A stretch of 10,113 bases of DNA from Candidatus Cryosericum sp. (lineage in GTDB: Bacteria; Caldisericota; Caldisericia; Cryosericales; Cryosericaceae). The position numbers and the translations under genes were made by a program. Positions 1-6,593 of the stretch are shown piece by piece. Every line of letters begins with the position of its first letter. Positions within the stretch are counted from its first letter, which is position 1. A model generated the notes under the pieces. It had not been told where the DNA came from. It saw only the letters and a program-made list of their open reading frames with translations, and searched no databases. The stretch spans positions 1 to 10,113 of the forward strand of contig JBNAWM010000055.1 of the NCBI GenBank assembly GCA_049699855.1, in the 5' to 3' direction.

Positions 1-80
1 CTGCCGTGCTGATTTGCAAGTATAGCATCCAGAGCCGGTTCTGATTCTTCACGATCGCCACAATGCTTAGGGATCGCCTC

Positions 81-109
81 TTGACTTGTCCGGACAAGGG
101 CCGGATACT
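81..109 (+). promoter_or_regulatory. Sigma70/SigA-type promoter for phoB-phoR-pstS1 (-35 TTGACT, 17-bp spacer, -10 GATACT)
   Basis: TTGACT at 81-86 and GATACT at 104-109, exactly 17 nt apart, about 20 nt upstream of the GAGGTG Shine-Dalgarno at 130-135. Confidence 0.65.
85..98. promoter_or_regulatory. Perfect 14-bp palindrome CTTGTCCGGACAAG, candidate operator
   Basis: The sequence is its own reverse complement and overlaps the predicted -35 and spacer. Operator function is inferred. Confidence 0.5.
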
Positions 110-140
110 TGTGTTGGCAATAGTTCAGCGAGGTGAGACC

Positions 141-833
141 ATCACACGCATAGCGGTACTCGAAGATGAGGATGACATTCGTGAACTGATCGGGCTGTAT
201 TTGAAGCGGGAATCGCTGGAGCCGGTCCTGTTCGCATCTCCTGTGAAGTTCCTTGCGTGGCTCGATGCCCAGGGGACAAACGCCCCCGCTCTGCTCATCC
301 TTGATCTCATGATGCCCGAGCTGTCCGGTGTGGAAGTTCTGAAGGCAGTGCGCAGCCGCCCGTCCTGTGAAGGCATGCCCGTCATCGTCTGCAGCGCGCG
401 GGCTGCCGAAAGCGATGTCCTCCTTACGCTGGGTCTGGGAGCCGACACCTACGTCCGCAAGCCATTCAACCCGCGTGAACTGGTCGCGCAGGTGAGCGCC
501 ATGCTGCGCCGAGCCCAGGCTGGCTCTGCCGGAGCCGTCCAGAGGACTCTCACCGCGGGACCGATCTCCATCGATCCTGCACGCAAAGACGTTCGCGTTC
601 AAGGAAAGACCATTCAGCTGACACCCGCGGAATACCACATTCTGACGATGCTCGTCGAGCGAAAAGGTTCTGTCGTTTCGCGGGAGGACCTCCTGCAATC
701 GACCGGTGAAACCGATGCGCTGGAGCGCGTCGTCGACGTTCACATCACCAGCATCCGCCGCAAGCTGGGCGGTGCTGCCCATCTGCTGCGCACGTCGCGC
801 AGCTTCGGATACTACATCGAGGAGGAGCAGTGA
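141..833 (+). CDS. phoB: OmpR/PhoB-family response regulator (PhoB/PhoP)
   Basis: Receiver domain (IAVLEDEDD, LLILDLMMP phosphoacceptor Asp, CSAR, YVRKPF) plus winged-helix domain (LTPAEYHIL, ERVVDVHITSIRRKL, RSFGY). Lies upstream of a PhoR-type kinase and pstSCAB-phoU. The ORF track starts at ATG 63; I place the start at ATC 141 (SD GAGGTG 130-135), giving 230 aa. The start is uncertain. Confidence 0.92.
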   Translation: MTRIAVLEDEDDIRELIGLYLKRESLEPVLFASPVKFLAWLDAQGTNAPALLILDLMMPELSGVEVLKAVRSRPSCEGMPVIVCSARAAESDVLLTLGLGADTYVRKPFNPRELVAQVSAMLRRAQAGSAGAVQRTLTAGPISIDPARKDVRVQGKTIQLTPAEYHILTMLVERKGSVVSREDLLQSTGETDALERVVDVHITSIRRKLGGAAHLLRTSRSFGYYIEEEQ

Positions 834-2617
834 TCCGCGCCCGCCCCTACTCCCTGCGCATCCTGACCGCCATCCTCATCGTCGCCCTGCTGGTCTTGGT
901 GACCGCCATGGCAACCCTGGTCCTGTCCCTGCACAACCAGGCCACGCTGGGCGAAACTGCGCGCCTTGAGACGTCGGCAAGGCTTCTGGCCAACCAGTAT
1001 CTACTTGCCCGCCAGACAGGGGCACCTGTCGCGTCCCTGGTCAGTGGAGACCTGCCTGCGGGCATCCGCCTCACCATTCTGGATGCTCAGGGGTCCGCTG
1101 TGGCCGATTCGCAGTTCAGGGCCGCCGCTATCTCCAATCGCCTTGCCGACCCCGAAGTACAGCAGGCTTTGACCAGCGGTATGGGCAGTGCCGTCGCCTA
1201 CCGCCTGGAGTCGGGACGGCGTGAGCGCACGGTCTGCATCGCGGTCCGGGATGGAGGAACGCTGGTCGGCTTTGCAGTGGCCAGTTCACCCGCCAGCTTT
1301 GTCTGGCAGTCCACGTCACGGACACTGTCCTGGACCCTTGCTCTCTTCGTGACCCTCTGTGCGCTCTGGCTGGTCCTGGCCGTCTTCCTGGCCCGCATGG
1401 CCACCAGGCCCATCGCCGATCTTGCCGATGCCCTTGAACGACGCTCTCTGCCAAGCCTCGCTGGACTTGCCATGCGCGCGGATCTCACGGAGCTGGGGCG
1501 TGCGCAGAAAGCGAGCTACGCCCTGCTGGAGGAGAGCGAGGCGCTGGCTGACCGTGAGCGTGCCCAGACGCTTGCCCTGTCGACCGTCCTCGACGCCGTG
1601 CCCCAGGCCATTGTCATCCTCGATGATGCACGGGATGTGGTCTCGGCCAACATTCAATTTGAGCGCCTCTTCGGAGGAGACAAGCTCCCGGTGACGGGGC
1701 GCAACATCGCCGAACTGGTTGCCCTTCCGGCATGCCTCACCGCGGTCGACCGCTGTATCGACGACCGCCAGGAACAGACGGTGAGTGTCGAAGACCACGG
1801 ACGCTACTACTCCTGCAGTGTCCATCGATTTGATGAGAAGACCTTCCCCCGCAGGCGCACACTCGTTGTTCTGCAGGACATCACCGATGCCATGGCGCTC
1901 CCCCGCATCAAAGCCGATTTTGTGGCCAATGCCTCCCACGAGCTCAAGACCCCTCTCACTGCAATCCGAGGGTACCTTGAATTGCTCCGAGAGGAACCCC
2001 AGAACACACATTACCTTGACATCATCCAGCGGAACGTGGAGCGCCTCATCGCCCTTTCCTCCGATATCTCGCTTCTGTCGCGCCTCGAGAACAAGGCACC
2101 CGAGGTCGAGCTGGTGGATATGCAGGAGCTTCAGCGCGACCTCATGGAACTCTTCGACCGTCAGTCCCGTGACACGGGCGTTCCTCTCCTCTTCGACATC
2201 GAGAGCGAAGGAAGGTTCCTGTACGGCGACCGTCTCATGCTGCTCCAGCTCTTCATCAACCTGATCGAGAACGCGTATCGCTTCACCACGGAGGGCAGGA
2301 TCACCGTGTCCGCCACGGCAGAGCCCACGCACATCATCCTTGGTGTGTCCGACACGGGTCAGGGGATTCCTGCGGCCGACCTTCCGCGCATCTTTGAGCG
2401 CTTCTACTCGCGCGCAGGAGACCGCGGGCGCTCCGGGACAGGTCTGGGACTCGCCATCGTCAAGCGCATCGTTCTGGCCCACAACGGCACCATCACCGTT
2501 CAGAGTGTCCCCGGCCAGGGGGCATCGTTTGTCATCCGCATTCCCAAGAACCTTGGTCCGCGCACGCCGGACAAGAATTATGGCACACCATCCAGTACGA
2601 ACAGGGAGGCTCTATGA
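830..2617 (+). CDS. phoR: PhoR-type sensor histidine kinase (TM, extracellular Cache-like domain, TM, HAMP-like region, PAS, HisKA, HATPase)
   Basis: GTG start overlapping the phoB stop (GTGA), SD GGAGGAG 821-827. Two hydrophobic segments, PAS-like VLDAVPQAIVILD...SANIQFERLF, H-box DFVANASHELKTPLTAIRGY, N-box NLIENAYRF, G1 VSDTGQGI, F-box IFERFY, G2 GTGLGLAIVK. Confidence 0.93.
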   Translation: MIRARPYSLRILTAILIVALLVLVTAMATLVLSLHNQATLGETARLETSARLLANQYLLARQTGAPVASLVSGDLPAGIRLTILDAQGSAVADSQFRAAAISNRLADPEVQQALTSGMGSAVAYRLESGRRERTVCIAVRDGGTLVGFAVASSPASFVWQSTSRTLSWTLALFVTLCALWLVLAVFLARMATRPIADLADALERRSLPSLAGLAMRADLTELGRAQKASYALLEESEALADRERAQTLALSTVLDAVPQAIVILDDARDVVSANIQFERLFGGDKLPVTGRNIAELVALPACLTAVDRCIDDRQEQTVSVEDHGRYYSCSVHRFDEKTFPRRRTLVVLQDITDAMALPRIKADFVANASHELKTPLTAIRGYLELLREEPQNTHYLDIIQRNVERLIALSSDISLLSRLENKAPEVELVDMQELQRDLMELFDRQSRDTGVPLLFDIESEGRFLYGDRLMLLQLFINLIENAYRFTTEGRITVSATAEPTHIILGVSDTGQGIPAADLPRIFERFYSRAGDRGRSGTGLGLAIVKRIVLAHNGTITVQSVPGQGASFVIRIPKNLGPRTPDKNYGTPSSTNREAL

Positions 2618-3678
2618 GAAACATCAGGCGCATGACCGCGGCTCTTCTGATTCTCGGCCTTGTCTTGGGGGCAGTGGGTTGTCAGAAGACTCCCACCGCC
2701 GGTACACCCGTGAGAGATCTCGCGATTGCCGGATCGACGTTTGCAGAGCCGTTGTACGTCAAGCAGTTCGACGCATGGTACCAGAAGACCCAGGTGAAGG
2801 CGGTCTATGGACCCTTGAGTTCCTCAGGGGCGGTGCGTGCCATGCAGGACCGGACGATCGACATCGGCGCGACCGATGTCCTGCTGACAGAGGAGGAACA
2901 GGCCCGTCTTCCGGCCTCTGTGCTGACGATTCCAACCGTGTTGGGCGCCGTTGCCATTTGTGTCAACCTCACCGGAAGTCCTGCCCTGCGCATGGACGCC
3001 GCTCTGCTCTCGGCCATCTTCCGTGGTGACGTCAAGACGTGGAACGATGCCCGGATCGCTGCGCTCAACCCCATGGTCAAACTGCCGTCCACCCCCGTCG
3101 TCGTCCTGCACCGGGCTGACGGTTCGGGTACCACAAGCATCTTTACGACCTACCTGGCCGCCGCCGACCAGACCTGGAGCAGCAAGATCGGCGCCGGTTC
3201 GATGGTGGCCTGGCCGACAGGCGTGGGAGTCAAGGGCAACGCAGGCATGGCGGCGATGATCCGGCAGACGCCAGGGTCCATTGGCTACCTGGAGAACACC
3301 TTTGCTGTGCAGTCGTCGCTGACAACGGTAGCGCTGCGCAACAGATCGGGCGCCTTTGTCGTGCCGGATGTGGCTTCCATCCAGGCTGCCGTTCCTGCCG
3401 ACCTCCCGGCCGACCTTCAAGGAACGCTGCTGGACCGCCCCGGAACCGGCGCCTACCCCATCGTCAGCTTCACGTGGCTGGTCTTCTACAAAGAACAGGC
3501 ATACGATGGACGCACGCGCGAGCGCGCCGTCGCTATCTATGACCTGGTGTCGTGGATCATCGGCGATGGACAGACCCTCGCCGAGCCGCTCCAGTACAGC
3601 AGCCTTCCCGACGCCGTCCGCAAGAAGGCCGTGTCTCTGCTTCAGCAGCTGACGTGGGAGGGAAAACCCGTAAAATAG
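2614..3678 (+). CDS. pstS: Phosphate ABC transporter substrate-binding lipoprotein, divergent paralogue (PstS1)
   Basis: Basic N-terminus, hydrophobic stretch and lipobox-like AVGC. PstS motifs AGSTFA, IGATD, TWND, HRADGSGTT, GVKGNAG, GSIGY, AYPIVSFTW. ATGA overlap with the phoR stop and SD GGGAGG upstream. Confidence 0.9.
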   Translation: MRNIRRMTAALLILGLVLGAVGCQKTPTAGTPVRDLAIAGSTFAEPLYVKQFDAWYQKTQVKAVYGPLSSSGAVRAMQDRTIDIGATDVLLTEEEQARLPASVLTIPTVLGAVAICVNLTGSPALRMDAALLSAIFRGDVKTWNDARIAALNPMVKLPSTPVVVLHRADGSGTTSIFTTYLAAADQTWSSKIGAGSMVAWPTGVGVKGNAGMAAMIRQTPGSIGYLENTFAVQSSLTTVALRNRSGAFVVPDVASIQAAVPADLPADLQGTLLDRPGTGAYPIVSFTWLVFYKEQAYDGRTRERAVAIYDLVSWIIGDGQTLAEPLQYSSLPDAVRKKAVSLLQQLTWEGKPVK

Positions 3679-3690
3679 CAATACTACTGC

Positions 3691-3714
3691 GGGGCAAGAT
3701 GCAATCCCTGCCCC
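3691..3714 (+). terminator. GC-rich hairpin after pstS1 (possible terminator or 3' stabiliser)
   Basis: GGGGCA (3691-3696) pairs with TGCCCC (3709-3714), 12 nt after the stop codon. There is no clear U-tract, so intrinsic termination is doubtful. Confidence 0.35.
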
Positions 3715-3768
3715 TCCTGTGGGTCTGAACTGACGCATGTTGTGAAATGTAACGTCTGACCCCATGGG

Positions 3769-3824
3769 TTAACGAAACCTGAACATTCTCTGAACATCCT
3801 GTGAACATGCCTCCCTATGATGAT
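3769..3824 (+). promoter_or_regulatory. Pho-box-like array (4 direct repeats, 11-bp period) and -10 element of the pstS2 promoter
   Basis: TTAACG 3769, TGAACA 3780, TGAACA 3791, TGAACA 3802, all exactly 11 bp apart and resembling the Bacillus PhoP repeat TT(A/T/C)ACA. Followed by TATGAT 3816-3821, with no canonical -35. Confidence 0.8.
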
Positions 3825-3868
3825 GGCTGGAAACCCCTCGTGGGTTTATCAAGCTCCAGGAGGTACGT

Positions 3869-5356
3869 GTGTCAGCATTCGGAAGAAAGACCATTTCTCT
3901 TGCAATCATTGCGCTCTTCGCGATCGCGCTCATCGTCCCAGGGGCGCTGCCTGCTTCAGCCGCGTCCAGCAAAACCATTGTTCTGACCATCGGCTCCACA
4001 ACGGCGACCGTCGACGGGTCGCGCACAGCGCTCGATGCGGCCCCGTTCATCACGGGAGGGCGCACTATGCTGCCCGTCCGCTTCGTCGCGGAAGCCATGG
4101 GTGCGGGCGTCTCATTCGCGACTCAGGTAAACGGCACTGTCACAAAGGTGAACCTCGGTCTCCCTCAGAGTGCCACCAAGATGAAGAGCCTTGTTCTCCC
4201 TCTCACCTCCACCACTGCTCTCGTCGATGGTCAGGCAGTCACTCTTGATGTCACCCCTGTCATTCGAAATGGACGGACCTTTGTCCCAGCGCGCTTCATC
4301 TCCGAGCAGATGGGAGCTACGGTCGCGTGGAACAGCACCGCCAAGACGGTCACCATCACCCTGCCCATCGTTTCTATCAGCGTTCCCACCCAGTTGTCGG
4401 GTACGGGGGCGACCTTCCCGCTGCCCCTCTACTCAAAGATGTTTGATGTTTACGATGCTTCGACCGGCGTCCGCATCAACTACCAGGGTATCGGTTCAGG
4501 CGGCGGCATCAAGGCCCTGACCGACAAGACCGTGGATTTCGGCGCTTCAGACGCCTTCCTCACGGTAGCGGAGACGACCGCCATGGGCGCGCCTGTCCTG
4601 CACATCCCCACCTGCGTGGGCGCTGTCGTCCTCACCTACAATCTTGACGGCAATCCAACCCTGCGGCTCGACGCCAAAACTGTCAGCGACATCTTCCTTG
4701 GCAACATCACGCGCTGGAACGACAGCCGCCTCGTGGCGCTCAACCCCGGCATCAAGCTTCCTAACCAGGCCATCACGACCGTCCACCGTTCTGACGGCTC
4801 GGGAACCACCTCCATCTTCACCAACTACCTTACCGTCGCCGTCCCAGAGTGGAAGAGCAAGGTGGGAGCAGGCAAATCTGTCAGCTGGCCCGTTGGCCTT
4901 GGCGGCAAGGGCAATGACGGCGTTGCCGGGCTTGTGAGCCAGAACCAGGGCTCCATCGGCTATGTGGAACTGGTGTATGCCATCAGCTCCAAGCTGCCCT
5001 ATGCGACGATGCGCAACGCTTCGGGAAACTTCATCGTCCCATCGCTTGCTTCCTCGGGCCGCGCTGCGCAGATTCAGCTTCCCGACGACCTGAAAGTCCT
5101 CCTTGTCAACAGCAGCGATCCAGAATCCTATCCCATCTCAGCATTCACCTGGCTTCTGGTCTATCGCGAGCAGAAGTACGCCGGACGCACGCTTGGCCAG
5201 GCAATTGCTCTCAAGCGCGCGCTCAACTGGGTATTGACCACGGGTCAGTCTGTCAACGAAGGCCTGGGCTACGGAAAACTGCCAGCCGCTGCCGTCCAGA
5301 AGGCGCAGAAACTGGTGGGCTCCATGACCTACGACGGGGCACCCATTCCCGACTGA
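3869..5356 (+). CDS. pstS: PstS fused to an N-terminal tandem copper-amine-oxidase-N-terminal-like (stalk) domain (PstS2)
   Basis: GTG start, SD AGGAGGT 3858-3864. SPI-type signal peptide (ASA/AS, no lipobox Cys). Residues ~35-165 are two repeats with GRTMLPVRFVAEAMGA and NGRTFVPARFISEQMGATVAWN. Residues ~175-495 are canonical PstS (GATFP, GIGSGGG, DFGASD, HRSDGSGTT, GKGNDGV, YPISAFTW). Confidence 0.92.
   Translation: MSAFGRKTISLAIIALFAIALIVPGALPASAASSKTIVLTIGSTTATVDGSRTALDAAPFITGGRTMLPVRFVAEAMGAGVSFATQVNGTVTKVNLGLPQSATKMKSLVLPLTSTTALVDGQAVTLDVTPVIRNGRTFVPARFISEQMGATVAWNSTAKTVTITLPIVSISVPTQLSGTGATFPLPLYSKMFDVYDASTGVRINYQGIGSGGGIKALTDKTVDFGASDAFLTVAETTAMGAPVLHIPTCVGAVVLTYNLDGNPTLRLDAKTVSDIFLGNITRWNDSRLVALNPGIKLPNQAITTVHRSDGSGTTSIFTNYLTVAVPEWKSKVGAGKSVSWPVGLGGKGNDGVAGLVSQNQGSIGYVELVYAISSKLPYATMRNASGNFIVPSLASSGRAAQIQLPDDLKVLLVNSSDPESYPISAFTWLLVYREQKYAGRTLGQAIALKRALNWVLTTGQSVNEGLGYGKLPAAAVQKAQKLVGSMTYDGAPIPD
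3971..4363 (+). repeat. Two internal ~60-aa protein repeats forming the stalk / Cu-amine-oxidase-N-like domain of PstS2
   Basis: KTIVLTIGSTTATVDGSRTALDAAPFITGGRTMLPVRFVAEAMGAGVSF aligns without gaps to KSLVLPLTSTTALVDGQAVTLDVTPVIRNGRTFVPARFISEQMGATVAW. Confidence 0.85.
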
Positions 5357-5384
5357 CGCAGTACCTTTCTCCTCTGGCCGAAGA

Positions 5385-5412
5385 CAGCGCTTCCGGGTAA
5401 CCGGGGGCGCTG
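5385..5412 (+). terminator. 12-bp stem with GNRA tetraloop after pstS2 (mRNA 3' stabiliser or terminator)
   Basis: CAGCGCTTCCGG-GTAA-CCGGGGGCGCTG gives 10 Watson-Crick and 2 G-U pairs. The wobble pairs favour the + strand RNA. No U-tract follows. Confidence 0.65.
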
Positions 5413-5437
5413 GCCGCATGGTGTGGATGTCCCTGCA

Positions 5438-5471
5438 TTAATGAAATCTTAACATTTATCCATGGTAGTTT
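5438..5471 (+). promoter_or_regulatory. Pho-box-like pair (11-bp period) and candidate -10 of the pstS3-pstCAB-phoU promoter
   Basis: TTAATG 5438 and TTAACA 5449; 5438-5456 matches 3769-3787 at 16 of 19 nt. Candidate extended -10 TGgTAGTTT at 5463-5471 (alternative TATCCT 5486-5491). Confidence 0.7.
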
Positions 5472-5528
5472 TCTGCGAGCGAGCCTATCCTTATACGAAA
5501 GGGAAATTGCTTGCATCGGGAGGTTGGT

Positions 5529-6593
5529 ATGAAGAGTCCTCGTCGTCTTGTTGTTGTTGCGGCAGCACTGCTGGTGATTGCCCTTGCTGTTTCTGGATGT
5601 GGATCGTCCGGTCAGTCTTCGACGGTCAAGGATCTCTCCGGAGCGGGCGCTACCTTTCCCTACCCTCTGTATTCCAAGATGTTCGACACCTACTACGGGG
5701 TCTCCGGCGTGCGGGTCAACTACAACAGCATCGGCTCCGGCGGCGGCATCAAGGCGCTGACCGACAAGACGGTGGATTTCGGCGCTTCGGATGCCTTTCT
5801 GACCAATGACGAAGTGACGGCCATGGGCGCGCCTGTCCTGCACATTCCCACCTGCGTAGGTGCTGTCGTCCTCTCGTACAACCTCGATGGCAACCCGGCC
5901 CTCAAGCTCGACGGCACGGTCGTCGCCAACATCTTCCTGGGCAAGGTCACGAAGTGGAATGATTCCTCCATCACTGCCCTCAACCCGGGCCTTTCCCTGC
6001 CTGACCTTTCCATCACGGTTGTGCACCGTTCGGATGGTTCGGGGACGACCTCCATCTTCACCAACTACCTGTCGGCCGTCAGCCCAGCGTGGAAATCGAG
6101 CGTCGGCGCCGGCAAATCCGTCAGCTGGCCCGTCGGGCTTGGCGGCAAGGGCAATGAAGGCGTCTCGGGCATGATCACTCAGACCAAGGGGAGCATCGGG
6201 TACATCGAACTTGTCTACGCCGTTCAGACCGGCACGCCGTTCGCCTCTCTCAGGAACTCCTCCGGCGCGTTTATCACGCCAAGCCTGGCATCGTCCTCGG
6301 CGGCTGCGGACGTCAATCTGCCGGACGACCTGCGTGTGGTGATTGTGAACAGTCCCGGCGCAGATGCCTATCCTATCAGCGCATTCACCTGGATTCTGGT
6401 CTACAAGGAGCAGAAGTACGGAGGACGCACCCTGGCACAGGCACAGGCGCTGAAGAAGATGCTGACCTGGATGCTGACCGATGGACAGGCAATCAACGAG
6501 GGGCTGTCGTATGCCAGACTGCCCGCTCCCGCTGTTACCAAGGCACTTGCACTTGTCAACTCGATGACGTATGGCGGCACAACCATCCCGTAG
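5529..6593 (+). CDS. pstS: Phosphate ABC transporter substrate-binding lipoprotein (PstS3)
   Basis: ATG 5529 with SD GGGAGGT 5518-5524, preferred to the track's TTG 5511. Signal peptide MKSPRR...AVSGC with lipobox. Motifs GAGATFP, SIGSGGG, DFGASD, HRSDGSGTT, GKGNEGV, YPISAFTW. Confidence 0.95.
   Translation: MKSPRRLVVVAAALLVIALAVSGCGSSGQSSTVKDLSGAGATFPYPLYSKMFDTYYGVSGVRVNYNSIGSGGGIKALTDKTVDFGASDAFLTNDEVTAMGAPVLHIPTCVGAVVLSYNLDGNPALKLDGTVVANIFLGKVTKWNDSSITALNPGLSLPDLSITVVHRSDGSGTTSIFTNYLSAVSPAWKSSVGAGKSVSWPVGLGGKGNEGVSGMITQTKGSIGYIELVYAVQTGTPFASLRNSSGAFITPSLASSSAAADVNLPDDLRVVIVNSPGADAYPISAFTWILVYKEQKYGGRTLAQAQALKKMLTWMLTDGQAINEGLSYARLPAPAVTKALALVNSMTYGGTTIP

Noticed and set aside
53..78. GATCGCC direct repeat (53-59, 72-78) upstream of phoB
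   Set aside because: It is a 7-bp GC-rich repeat with a 19-bp period that does not match the Pho-box unit, so probably chance.
63..140. 26-aa N-terminal extension of PhoB from ATG 63
   Set aside because: There is no evident SD, it spans the predicted promoter, and the receiver domain only begins at ~141. Disfavoured but not excluded.
3740..3768. TTGTGAAATGTAACG as a Rex/CRP/cre site, and the CCCATGGG palindrome
   Set aside because: Only a half-site is present without the matching inverted half, and an 8-bp palindrome can occur by chance.
3769..3812. Short repeats as a possible CRISPR array or iterons
   Set aside because: The units are 6-7 bp with an 11-bp period, there are no spacers and no cas or rep genes, and a Pho box explains them.
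3831..3847. Small hairpin AAACCC-CTCGT-GGGTTT in the pstS2 leader as a riboswitch
   Set aside because: The stem is only 6 bp in a ~40-nt leader, too small for a known aptamer. At most it is a 5' stabiliser.
3971..4363. PstS2 as a copper amine oxidase enzyme
   Set aside because: Only the non-catalytic N-terminal-like domain is present; the rest of the protein is PstS.
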